Assembly (NCBI RefSeq): GCF_023055435.1
Contig: NW_025964301.1
Span: forward strand, 1,054,001-1,118,000
Direction: 5' to 3'
DNA length: 64,000 nt
From: Haliotis rufescens
Taxonomy: Eukaryota
Position 1 is the first letter of the stretch. Each line of letters begins with the position of its first letter. The notes beneath the pieces are model-generated. The model was not told where the DNA came from and did not search any database. It saw nothing but the letters and a program-made list of their open reading frames with translations. The translations under genes were made by a program, and so were the position numbers. Positions 1-13,100 of this stretch are shown here, piece by piece.

Positions 1-1020
1 TGATTAGAAACATCAGAGGTTTTGGAAAGTATCTGTTGATGTTGACCGGATTTCGATTTCGTGATTCGTTATTTTGATTGGAGCAGGCAAAGACTTGTTA
101 GTTCAGCCAAAACATAACTCCATAATTCCAGCTTAGTTTGGCGAGGGTGAAACTGTGACTTTTATAGTGAGCTAACTCCCTTGCCTCGGGAAGAAGCATG
201 CAGGTAGAATGTGAGTGACAGCAACCCAATACCTAAATCTGTCTGTCTGGACAAGGAATTAGCAACCTTTGATTAGCCAGTGGGTACTGAAGGTTTGTAG
301 TGAATCTCATCCGAGTGTCTTCCAACATCAAATATATCAAGGCTAGTTGATAGGTTACAAGTATCTGAGACTTGCCAAGGTTAATTTTACCTCAAACAAC
401 AAGTCTAGATATATTTGTGCTTGGAAGACATGAGATTGAGACGGTATCATCCGAAATCTTTCTTCTGACATTTTCAGTTTGTAAATAGTAGTTATCAGTG
501 CCTTGAGTTTTCACCAGCTTCAGTGGCAGAGAGATTAATGTCTGATGTTATTTGAATGTGATGTCGTGCTAACCGATGACGCCACAATGGTCTGCAAAGG
601 ACTGTGATATGTCCCAGGAGATGTCACTTGATCTCACACAGGCCATATCTTCTGTGGAAGCTAAATGTTTTGGATGAAAAATCTTGGATTTTTAAAAAGC
701 CATTTGAAAATGATTCATCTTTGAGGTCTTTCGATACTGGTTTCTTTCTCTACCGGCATGAATCCCCAATAAGAAAACCTAAATTTTCTATGGTGTCCAG
801 ATCCATCGCTTTTGACTGATCGCTGTGTCTATCGGTAATGGACATTAGACTTACATGATGTCATCATAGGCAAGGATCACAATGTCATCTCAAGCATAAC
901 ATCATATAACAATTGAACTGATTGTTCATTCACGGGATTGAACCCTGGATCTTCCGCTCTCCGAGCAGATGCTCTACCAACTGGCCATGGAGGCGGTCCA
1001 ATCAACTTGTCATAGTCAGT

Positions 1021-1184
1021 GAGTGAGTGAGTATGGTTTTACGCCGCTTTTGGCAATATTCCAGCAATATCACGGCGGGGGACACCAGAAATGGGCTTCA
1101 CACATTGTACCCATGTCGGGAATCGAACCCGGGTCTTCAGCGTGACGAACGAACGCTTTAACCACTAGGCTACCCGACCGCCCC
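1021..1184 (-). mobile_element. SINE family A (~160 bp, tRNA-Asp-like head)
   Basis: A box TAGCCTAGTGGTTAA, B box GGTTCGATTCC, (ACTC)n tail; TAGTCAGT duplicated on both sides. Confidence 0.85.
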
Positions 1185-1684
1185 TAGTCAGTGAGTGAGT
1201 GAGTTGGGTTTAATGATGCAGTATTTCAGTTATATCATGGCATGGCAGCTTGTTGTGGGAGGAAAGCCAGAAGTGATGCAGGCCTCAAACGTTTACCGAG
1301 CTGGTGAAACCCACACGCACGGGTATAATTGTACAAACAAACCTGGAAACATAATCAAGGCAAACTAGGATTTTAAATATAATTTGTCATAAAAACCAGA
1401 ATAATCCCTACATTCTTACAATATACTGATCATTTCTTCCGGTCCAAAGTGTGACATATAAATTTCACTTCCGTGGAAGAATATTTACCGTCTTAACCAG
1501 CATTTTATTTCTGTCATCAATCTTCTTGCAAGACAAATATGGCAGTTGTAGCCAAGCTGTAAACAAGCCTTTCAACAAACAATATTTCAATAAAAATAGG
1601 AAACCAAAATATTTCACAGCTCACCATGAAAGGACAAGGTATGAAAAGGTCACCCTGTTTGGCCAACAGGATCTGCATTATTAA

Positions 1685-2031
1685 TACCATAATTGACGTA
1701 ATAAGTGCCCTGCTCTAATAAGCGCCCACGGCGATATTTGCTAATATATTGGCGAGTGAACCATCCCAATTTGCACCCCTTCCGATTGATCAATGTACAC
1801 AAGAAAAATTTATTCTCGTATAATACACACTCGTGTGTTATATGCATTCTTAATTATGGGCAATTAAATTCTGGAAAAAAAATATCTGTCACATATTACA
1901 TTTCAGTCTGTCAGCATAAACCACGAAATTTATCTTTCAACTCTGTTTTTTCCACCAAAATATTATTCAAATCAGAGCCCCCTATTTCTAACTTTGAGAG
2001 CGCCCTGGGCGCTTATTACGTTGATTATGGT
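1685..2031. mobile_element. MITE
   Basis: Terminal inverted repeats ACCATAATTGACGTAATAAGTGCCC / GGGCGCTTATTACGTTGATTATGGT. Confidence 0.7.
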
Positions 2032-5024
2032 TTGGGAAATTTTGGAAACCGTTATGAAATTCATCAGATGTGTTACAATGAATGAACATGAAACCGTTTC
2101 CTTGTCAACACATTCATGTTTGGATTCAAAACACAAAATGTGGTGAACATGGTGAAAGGGCTAAAAAATACAACAGCTGAATTTAGATTTTCTGGAAGAG
2201 TTTTTCTGATATTTGAACATGAGTAAGTTTTTAGCTCAGGCTTAATTTCTCTGTAGATGTTGTTAAAGGCATTATAAACTTATGGTTAAAAAATCATCTT
2301 GGGTAATTGACTTACTATGGTTATATTTTCTAAAATATTAAACTAATTGACACTTTCACTCATTTTATCCATATGTATGTACTTTATCATGTCAATGGAA
2401 CAGAAAACACACAGATTACAGAGATCGATAATCGTTAACTAAATATTGATCAATTATCGATAAATATCGGAGAAGTAACTTTAAGCAAATATGCAATAAA
2501 GTCAGAAAGAAATCAAAATACTTCATGCCACTGGTGATTGGTGACAGATTTATGCATGGATTACTTTGAGGACATCTAAGTTAATACAAATACAGTTGCT
2601 TTCCATCCTTGGCAAAGTCTGTTTCAGTAAAACTAAACTTTATGTCATCATAATTACTTATTATTTATTATTCATATCAATAATCATTAATAATTCATTA
2701 CATCGACGATGATTCCGATTATCAAACGTTTTAGCCAGCCCTAGTATCTGATGAATATCATATAAAAAGTATTGATTTCAAATTAAATTGATTTTATTGT
2801 TATCATTACAAACCACATAAACATGATAAAGGTCTTGTAGTCTTGACCAAGTTACTGACATTTTTCTACTCCAGCTGAAATTGCAACCATTCTAGTAAGA
2901 CCAAAATGCAATCTCCATTAAGCTTAAAACCTTTCACATTGATTGGATTGCATGGATCATTCTGACATTCATGTTTGTATGATACTTGTAGCACTGTAAA
3001 CCGATTCATGAAATGTAAGAATGATTACATTGTAATACTACAGAATTATTCCATGTTGAAAGCTGTAGCCGTGCATGTGGTCTCCATGGTTACATGAAAG
3101 CTAAACTGTTAGCATAATCCAAATGTGCCAATAGCTACTATCGCAATCGACCAATTCCATAAGGCTGTGATTGAAAACGACATTGAACCAACACAAGAAC
3201 AGAGCATTTGATACTTGACAGTGGTGGGTTTGGTTGAATATAATCTATTAAAGCAGTATTCAATAACACAACCACCTACGATATATTCAAAACCACCTAC
3301 GATATATTCAAAACATGTTCGATCCGTGAAGATCCGGGGTAGAATAGCTCTTCAGCAACCCATGCTTGCCGTAATAGGCGACTAACGGGACAGGGTGGTC
3401 AGGCTCGCTGACTTGGTTGATGCATGTCATCGTATCCCAATTGCATTGATTATTTACAGACCGCCGTCATATAGCTGGAATAATGCTGAGTGCGGCGTTA
3501 AACAACATGTTCAGTTGACAACCATATGATCATTACCAAAACATTTTTTACATATAGATATAATATACTAGATCTATATTTTTTTCAATCACAGATCTAT
3601 GTACTACTGGTATGTAACAAGATGATGAAATATATGAATTTGGATTTGATGAAGGAACAGCATATATATGCTAAAATCCTACATTCAAATGTTTGACATA
3701 TAATATTATAGTGCTTTTTTAATGATTCATAGGGCCATAAAATCTTTAACTTGAGGGCTAAATATTATAAGTCTTAAATGAAATTGCCGAAAATGATATA
3801 TTAAAAATAAATTATTATGAGTATTATAATATCCGAATTCCTATTTCAATGGAAATAAGCTCACAATCATCAAACTAATGGCTCCGATTTGACAGTTTCG
3901 ATTTAAAAGGAATTGATTTAAGATTTCCGTCATTGATCTGTAGGCATTATCGTATTCTAGTAAAAATGTGTTCCGACATTGGCAAGGGTGACTGGCGGAT
4001 GACACATCCACGTGTGTCATGTATACTGCTTCTCGACAGTAGTTATTCTTAGAGAACAGGCAGTTTTCTAAACCGCTCAGTGCAGTAAGTCAATATTTGA
4101 TCGTGCACTTCATCTTGCCGGCGAAGTTTGCTTGGTGTTCGAGAACATGCAACTGGTGCTGTCAAATATCACCAAGCTGTCCCGGGCCGACACGAGAATT
4201 CTCAGACTACAATCGGGTTATTCTTTACAATCAATGAAGCTTACCTGTCAAGAATAATCCAATTAACACGTTGATATCTGAATGTCACGCTGCCACTGAT
4301 GCATTCAGTTCCGGGTTGTCGTGGCTGTATACCTCAACAGTGACAGTGCTTGGTTCATTAATTTGCCGGGAATCTGACTCACAGAGACCACGTGACTTAA
4401 ACTAATCCTAGCATTGTATTTTCCTAGAAACTGCTGATATTTCTTTTTTATAAGGTACTCTGTTGTACAGTCAGACTGAAAAATCCACATCGCGATCACA
4501 TATTGAAAATTGATAATCCACCCCGCCTGCAACGAATTGAATAAATTGACGATAGAAACCATCTCTCTTGTATTGACCCTTGCTTAAAATTAAATTCGAC
4601 AAAGGTTTTATTGTGATCAACTACACGTAAAATGATGTAAATCAACACACCTTCGCTTTAACCCGACAGTACTATATGTAGAGATTCTACTAATATAGAG
4701 ATTATCTATTTTCTCAATCATTGGTATAGATAGTTTCCTTTTGTACATTTATGGGCGTTCCCACAAATAGTCTTTAGTTTTTTGGGGGAAATAACGGGTT
4801 TCACAGAAAAAAATGTCATTGAAATACAAACACATTCTTCGAAATTATTTAATCCTTTTAACAATGAATGTAAACTGGTGACATTAATGAGGTTCAACTT
4901 TAACCAGATCTTCGATCCATTCTTAAAATATATCCGTAACACAAACATCAATGACAAGTTCAAATCGGGTTGCTATTGATATCACCTCACTATTTCCTTA
5001 GTGTGGTTTGGATCCATTAATTAA

Positions 5025-5080
5025 ACACGCACACGCACACGCACACGCACACGCACACGCACACGCACACGCACGCACAC
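5025..5080. repeat. (CACGCA)n microsatellite
   Basis: Read directly from the sequence. Confidence 0.9.
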
Positions 5081-5555
5081 GGGCACATAATTCGCACGCT
5101 CACTAACAATCATACAGACGTACAACACACATATATATACGCACACACGCACATGATTTTTTAAAGGATCTTTGTCCCAAAATGAATATTTCCGATTTGT
5201 AAACATATTTTTGTATTTCCTCCAAATGTGAAGTAGATGGGGGTAAAAACACACAAAAATATTGATTTTTAAGATAAATTTGCAACAGATTATTAAGTAC
5301 TTTATAATTTATCTATAATTATAGCGACAGTTAATGTGTTGGGTTTTTTTTTAACATTTAACTTATTTCTGGTAGGCAGAATGTAAAAAGACACTGCTTT
5401 TCTTTTATGTTTTCACATTTCAATTATTCGAAAACCAAATTTTAAAAAAAAATCATCGGGCCAAACTAATTCCATTAATATTGGTTTTCATATTTTTGTA
5501 GATTCATTTAAAAGTTGTAAGTTATTTGTCTTAGGTCATTAACATTAACATTTTA

Positions 5556-5835
5556 GGGGGCACGGGTGGCCCAGTCGTCTAAGGCGCCGCGATTAGCTGT
5601 GCAGAGGTGCGTCCCTTGGGCACGCCAGAAACCTATGAATGTGGGTTCGAATCCCGGTTCACGCCGATTATGTTTCTAGGTTTGTCAGCACCATACCCGT
5701 GCTCGTGGGTTTCACCGAAGTGGTAAACGTCTGAGACCTGTATCACTTGGGGCTTTCCTCCCACATTAAGCTGACACGCCGTGATATGACTGGAATACTG
5801 TTAAAAGCGGCGTAAAACTCATTCACTCACACACT
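5556..5835 (+). mobile_element. SINE family B (~275 bp, tRNA-Leu/Ser-like head)
   Basis: GGTGGCCCAGTCGTCTAAGGCG...GGTTCGAATCCC, (ACTC)n tail; TSD CATTAACATTTTA. Confidence 0.85.
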
Positions 5836-6750
5836 CATTAACATTTTACGTCAAATCTGAATAGTACGCGGTGTCAATATCGAGACATCACTCTATACCG
5901 GAAGAGTCTTGTGTTTTTACAAGATTGAAATATGTCATTCATAAACTGGAGCTATGAGACGATTAATAAATCTTGCTGGGATCAATAAAACGGAGAGGTT
6001 TTCAAAGGAAACTTGTTGAAACATATGTGCATATAAACGTATTAGCAAAAGCATGGCTTTCGTATCGTTTCTCGCTAGGTTCAAATGTTTTCGGGAAAAT
6101 TTCCCGTTGAATCATTAGACCATGTAATTTGCTCTCAGGTACTATGGTCAGGAAAACAATCTTTTTTGTTGTTGGTTTTTGTTTCGACAGAGAACGCCGG
6201 TACGGATATGACACTAGTTGTTTTGAAGATACTTTTCCAGTGGGGCGAACTCATAGTTTTACCTGCAGGGGTAGCAAGTACCATTTAAAATTTAACAAGC
6301 CATTGTAACGGACATGTAGTTTTAGTGTTTAGTTTATTTCACTCTACAAATAATAGATTCATTGTATAATTTGAATATAAAGGCATTTGGATTTATCCAT
6401 ATCGACTTTAGTCGCACGACACTAGGTCAAAATCAGTTATTCTCAAAATGGACGTTCCTGTTCTAAAAATAATCCTTCTGTGACGTATGCCCGACGTAGG
6501 GTTTTCCCCTGAACGGTGTTAAATGAAAACGTATACCAGTTAAATTTTTTTTACGATTGCTTAATTTTTGTCTGCACGTATATAATTTATAACCTCTCTT
6601 CCATCATTAAGTGTAAAAGATCAGGCTAAATAGATATATAGAGCATAGCAGTCGACGTAAAGTTTCATTAAGCTTACAACCAGACGTAGTGTTTCTCCAA
6701 AGTGTCCTTGTAATACGCAGGGAGGAAATTCATTCATCACCGTATAGAAA

Positions 6751-7144
6751 ATGGCAGCCAAAGAGAAACATAAACAGAATGACAGCATGCTGTACGCAAT
6801 TATCAACAATATACCTCCAGATTACCATTCCAAAGACATCAGGAACTATTTTTCACAATTTATTGAAACACGTGGTTTTGATTGTTTTCATTTCCGTCAT
6901 CGGCCAGAAACACAAGCGAAGAAAGTTCCGGAAAAAGAGACTGACGATGAAGTGAAATCAGCGATCAGTCGTGCAGGTACCAGTGACCCGGTCCGGAGGG
7001 GCACAACTTGTTGTGTTGTCCGACTCAAAGCCGACAACTTAGTGACACTTCTCAAAATGTATCACAGAAAACATTGGCTGGACAGGAATGGCGATTCTAT
7101 CTCAAGTTATTGCCATATTACAAAGATTAAGCTTACAGAAGACG
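6751..7144 (+). CDS. GPATCH3: GPATCH3 coding exon 1
   Basis: ATG 6751; donor G|GTAAGT at 7145. Confidence 0.88.
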
Positions 7145-10100
7145 GTAAGTCGGTAGGCAAAATGAGAGTTTGGTTGTAGAGCTACCTGCTGACTAGTCAC
7201 AGCATTAGAGATGGTGAATCTTTTTTTATACCACATCCAGCAGTCCAGATATACCAAGGCAGCCAGTAAATACAGAGCTCCAGATAAGCTGCGTATCTGC
7301 GTGAAATACGCATCAGAAATGCAGAAATACACAGTAAAATATAATCGAAGCGTATCAAGTACGCAACGAACATTACAGATACGCTACAAAAATAAAACTT
7401 GTGCGTATCATCAAAATATTGTGAAGTAACCCTGCGTATTCGATTAGCAAATCAGCAACTTATTTTGAAATTATAAACGGGCATTCCGTCAACCTTGCCA
7501 AACTCCACGATGACAGTTACATCATGATCATTTGGCATCACACTTTCTTGTGGAAGTATCGCAGTATTTTTTAGTCCTATAAAGCTCTCGAACCCACACG
7601 ACACCAGTTTGCAGGGACTAGATGAATAGTGTTTTGAAATATTTAACTTAAATACCCACTTGTGTAAAAACTAGTGGGTAACAGAAATTAGAATACGCAG
7701 ATAGAATTACTGATACCCAATGATTTTAAAATGCATGGGTAAAATACCTACAACACCAAAAGCTTATCTGGAGCTCTGAAATATACAAGTTTATTTAAAC
7801 CAGTGGTTGAAGGCATGAGCAACGATCAACGTCTTCGGGGTACATTGAAACTCTCACACCCCATTCTATCCACCTTGTCCTCACTTGAGGATGTGTCACT
7901 TGCAAGGGCAGATCCAGCATTTTTAAAAGGAAGAGGACCCCCAGGACCCCCCTGCGTATCTGCGTATGACTTGGGTCCTATGGGTCCTGAGTAGGACCTG
8001 GCTTCCCACATGACAACCCGGACCCCTGGTTAATTACATGATATATTGTTTAATGACAATGATAATAAAACTCCATGATGCTTGAATATCTGTCTGACTA
8101 TGCACCCATTCCTTCTGACTTTTCTATATGTTTGAGTAAAGACAAAGCTTCAATCAACTTCAGTGTATGAATGATCAATAGTAGACAGTTTTTGCCAGGG
8201 TTCGAGTGAACCAATTTCCAATCGGACATTTTGTTCCCAACTCTTGAAATCTACAGTGAGTACCTGGGTAGGGTTGTGTAATAGGAGGTCGGGTACCGGG
8301 ATGGTAAATTTTGCCCTATAAGAGTGAGTGAGTGAGTGAGTGAGTATGGTTTTACGCCGCTTTTAGCAATATTCCAGCAATATCACAGCGGGGGACACCA
8401 GAAATGGGCTTCACACACTGTATCCATGTCGGGACTGGGCTACCCGACCGCCCCTGGCCCTATAAGAGGCACCCACACTTTGATTCATGCAAGTTTCAAA
8501 TTTCAAGATCAGGTACACAGCTAACACAAGGGCTTAGGGCTTGCCTGATGTGCTTAACGCACATATCGATCCATAATGCGATACTTGAGAGTCATGATGC
8601 AATATGAATAGAGATACTTAAGGCTTAAAAAAAATAAAGAATTGGTTCTCAGGCAATTACTTTGAAAGTTTTAGTTTTTTTATGTATTGGAGAAAACACG
8701 CTTACAAGGTTTTAGTAGACAGAGCATGCCCTGGGGAGAGGGAAAAACCAAGGGGGCGAAGCCCCCACGGTTTTTCCCTCTCCCCAGGGCATGCTCTGTT
8801 TACCAAAACCGAGGGAAAGTATTTTTCCATACTTATAAACTGTCTAAATTGATTAAATGTTATAACGAGCATCTATAAATGAGGCGCTTCATTATAGCGC
8901 TTCCTTGAAGACGTGATATCATAACTTGCACGTGAAATTCGCTGACTTGCCAGGCGTTCAAGAGCACTTGGATGTGTCAAAAACAAAACACAACTAAAAT
9001 ACTTACTTTTAAATGAAAGTGAAATCTTCGGTTTCTAAATGTTTGTGTTGCAATATTCCACTTCTTTTAAACTTTTCAAAACGAAAATTCGCAAATTTTA
9101 AAGGTGTTTTTTTTTGCTTTACAAGATTTTCGGCTTTAAACAATCCAACTGTTACATAGAGGTAGTTGTGACGTAACGGCTAGCAGTTACTGCACGTGCA
9201 AATTGTGCATCATTGATAAGCACTTGTTTAAAAGCATGTGTTTTGAAACCTCGCTGTCCTTTCACCAGAGACTCTGAAATGATGTCGCTTTTGAATGTCC
9301 ACGCGGAACTGTACACATGACATTCAGTTTTAATTGAATTAAAATTTTGAATTGCTACTTGTTGTCTTTTTTTCAGTAACTTGGTTAAACCTAGGATTTG
9401 AGGTTTTACATTCAAAGTAAAACCTCCCGAACGAAAATAAAACCTCATAATAGGTTTTACTTCAAAGGAAAACCTCACAATAGGTCTTAATGCCTATAGA
9501 AAGAACTCTCTTACTTAATAGAGATCCCAATGAATAGGTTTTTAAAGCTTGTTCAAACCAGTATATAACCAAATAAACAGTTGTGCACCATCAACTGGGA
9601 AAGGGCCTCCCTACATAGACAAGCATACAAACTCCTATTGCTGCCATGACCATAACACGAGATCCGCAGTAAAGCAGTGTGCATGTAAAGGGAAGTAACT
9701 GTGTGCTATATTGGATAACATATTTTTTAAGTATTAGGACTTTTTCTATCTTTTTTAAAATGGAAAAAAACCCGAAACATGCGTCAGACTTTATGATGAT
9801 GTGGGTGGTGCCTGGGAACTTATTTGCCCCGTTTTTGCATGTAATACTCCCTGTTCAATGTGATCCCAGTTATAACAAGAGGTTGTTGGCTTTAACCAGT
9901 TTGTGTTTAACTTGCATGACTGCTTAAGTCAGACTTTTTCAGATATTTTTAGGCGAAAAAAAAAAGTCTTGGTTCTCAGACTCCGCCCACATCATCAAAT
10001 GTCTGCCGCACGTTTCGTTTTTTGTTTCCATTTTAAAAAGAATATAAAAATGCTAATACTTAAAAACAATGCAATCCAATATAGCATGCAGTTACTTCCC

Positions 10101-13100
10101 TTTACATGCGCAGTGCTTTACAGCGCATCACGTGTTATGGTCATGGCGGCAATAGGAGTTTGGATGCTTATTTATACTTGCTTGTTTATTTGGTTACATA
10201 TTAGTTTGAACAAGCCGAAAAACCAAAAAACACCGCCTGCACTTTATTTTCAAGAGTCATTGCCTGAGAACCAATTTTTTTTATTTTGTTTTGCCTGATG
10301 TAATCAAATTTAGCATTTAATTTTATGATGGGTAGTACGATTTGAAGTTATGTTATTTTGCAAACCTTCAAAGCATCAAACTGAAAAATCTGCTACCTTC
10401 AATTCATTAACACACCGTATCTGCTCGGTTTCAGTTGACCAACAGAGAGAACAAGTATACAAAACTAGATCCGAAATAAAACTGACTCCCTCTGACAGCA
10501 GAGATTTCACATCCTCCGATCTCCTCAACTTGCCGGAGTTGCATCCTCCCGACATCATGCCACATGGAAACGTTGGCACACCCACAAAGGACTTTCTTGA
10601 CTTTATCAAAGAGTGTCGACTCCCTCCATCGGTGATAAAGAAACTCGGCCTTTCCTTCCCCAAAACCCGCACAAACCGGAAATATGGTAGTGTTCCTTAT
10701 GAGTACGCTGGACCTAGGTCTTATCGTAACCATGGTAACGAATATGATGAAGAGGAAGCTGATTGGACAGTTTACACGGGAGAGGGTCATGAACTTGTCA
10801 GTGTTGATGGGTCCATTGTAGGGAACATGGAAGAGTCCACTTTGGTACAGGATGGGGAGCAGAGGAAGGATGAAGAAAAGGAGTTGACGAGGAAGGAGAA
10901 GAAAGCGAGGAAGAAACAGGAGAGGAAGAAAACAAAGAAGTTGATGGATGAAAAGATAGAGGAGAAAATGATGATGCAGCATGAAGATTCAAATGAGGTG
11001 AGTTTAGAATCGTGTTATTGAAAATGTAAACCTGAAATTTTTAATTTTAGTCAGTCCAATTTGAATTCTTGTTTGCAAATGTTCTTTGTCAATATGTTAA
11101 TAGGGGACCATGGATAGCCCAGTCGTCTAAAGTGCCCCAATTCGATATACAGAGTTGTGTCCCTTGGGCATGGCAGAAAGCTGTGATTGTGGGTTCAAAT
11201 CCCGGATTTGCTATGATTATATTTCCTGGTTTGTCAGTGCCTTACCTGTGCTCGTGGGTCTCACCCAGTGGTAAACATCTGAGACTTGCATCGCTTTGGG
11301 TTTTCCTCCGACGTGCTGTGATGTAACTTGATTATTGTTCAATGCAGTGTAAAACTCAACTTATTCACCCATTCAGTATGTCGAGAGGTGGAAGGAAAAC
11401 TAGAAAATGCCAGAGTTGATCTAAGGTTATTTTCTTTAGGAAAGCATCTTAAAATTTAAACTTTACCATAAATGCCACAAAAATGATTTTTAAGAAAAGC
11501 ATATTCCCAAGTACAAAAAACAGACATGCATCTTCTTTCTCTTTCTTTTTAAACATGTAGGGTGCATTTGCAACAAGAAAGTATTGGGGCTGGGCCTCAA
11601 CTGTGTCAGAACACTGGTGCTGAAATACCAAGTACTAGATTCTATAAGTCCTATAGGGTGGTGAGAAGGTGCTGAGTAGTTCATGGTGCTTCATTTGAAG
11701 TTCATTCCTGGTGATCCTTGCTGTTAAAATGGTTGAATATTGTGAAAAAAAATGGTTATTGTCCTTATTGCCGAAACTTGAACATGTGTATGTTTCCAGG
11801 ACAACGATTCCTGCGAGGAGTGGGAGAGGCACGAAGCCGTCACAGACGACCCTGACAACCAGGAAAGACTAAAGGAGAGGCTGTTTGAGGAGGAGATTGA
11901 ACTTAAGTGGGAGAAGGGAGGCAGTGGGCTGGTGTTCTACACTGACGCCCAGTACTGGCAGGAGAAGGAAGGAGGTAGGTGGAGGGCGTAGTGTGGCAGT
12001 GGGCTGGTGTAGTGTGGCAGTGGGCTGGTGTAGTGTGGCATTGGGCTGGTGTAGTGTGGCATTGGGCTGGTGTAGTGTGGCAGTGGGCTGGTGTAGTGTG
12101 GCAGTGGGCTGGTGTAGTGTGGCATTGGGCTGGTGTAGTGTGGCATTGGGCTGGTGTAGTGTGGCAGTGGGCTGGTGTAGTGTGGCAGTGGGCTGGTGTA
12201 GTGTGGCAGTGGGCTGGTGTAGTGTGGCAGTGGGCTGGTGTTCTACACTGACGCCCAGTACTGGCAGGAGAAGGAGGGAGGTAGGTGGAGGGCGTAGTGT
12301 GGCACTGGGCTGGTGTAGTGTGGCAGTGGGCTGGTGTTCTACACTGACGCCCAGTACTGGCAGGAGAAGGAGGGAGGTAGGTGGAGGGCGTAGTGTGGCA
12401 GTGGGCTGGTGTAGTGTGGCATTGGGCTGGTGTAGTGTGGCAGTGGGCTGGTGTAGTGTGGCACTGGGCTGGTGTAGTGTGGCAGTGGGCTGGTGTTCTA
12501 CACTGACGCCCAGTACTGGCAGGAGAAGGAAGGAGGTAGGTGGAGGGCGTAGTGTGGCAGTGGGCTGGTGTAGTGTGGCAGTGGGCTGGTGTTCTACACT
12601 GACGCCCAGTACTGGCAGGAGAAGGAGGGAGGTAGGTGGAGGGTGTAGTGTGGCACTGGGCTGGTGTAGTGTGGCAGTGGGCTGGTGTAGTGTGGCAGTG
12701 GGCTGGTGTAGTGTGGCAGTGGGCTGGTGTAGTGTGGCAGTGGGCTGGTGTAGTGTGGCAGTGGGCAGGTGTAGCGTGGCAGTGGGCTGGTGTAGTGTGG
12801 CAGTTGGCTGGTGTAGTGTGGCAGTGGGCTGGTGTATTGTGGCAGTGGGCTGGTGTAGCGTGGCAGTGGGCTGGTGTAGCGTGGCAGTGGGCTGGTGTAG
12901 TGTGGCAGTGGGCTGGTGTAGCGTGGCAGTGGGCTGGTGTAGTGTGGCAGTGGGCTGGTGTAGTGTGGCAGTGGGCTGGTGTAGTGTGGCAGTGGGCTGG
13001 TGTAGTGTGGCAGTTGGCAGGTGTAGTGTGGCAGTGGGCAGGTGTAGTGTGGCAGTGGGCAGGTGTAGTGTGGCAGTGGGCAGGTGTAGTGTGGCAGTTG

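Noticed and set aside
1-6700. Short ORFs upstream of GPATCH3
   Set aside because: No recognisable domains or consistent exon chain; most overlap repeats or AT-rich DNA.
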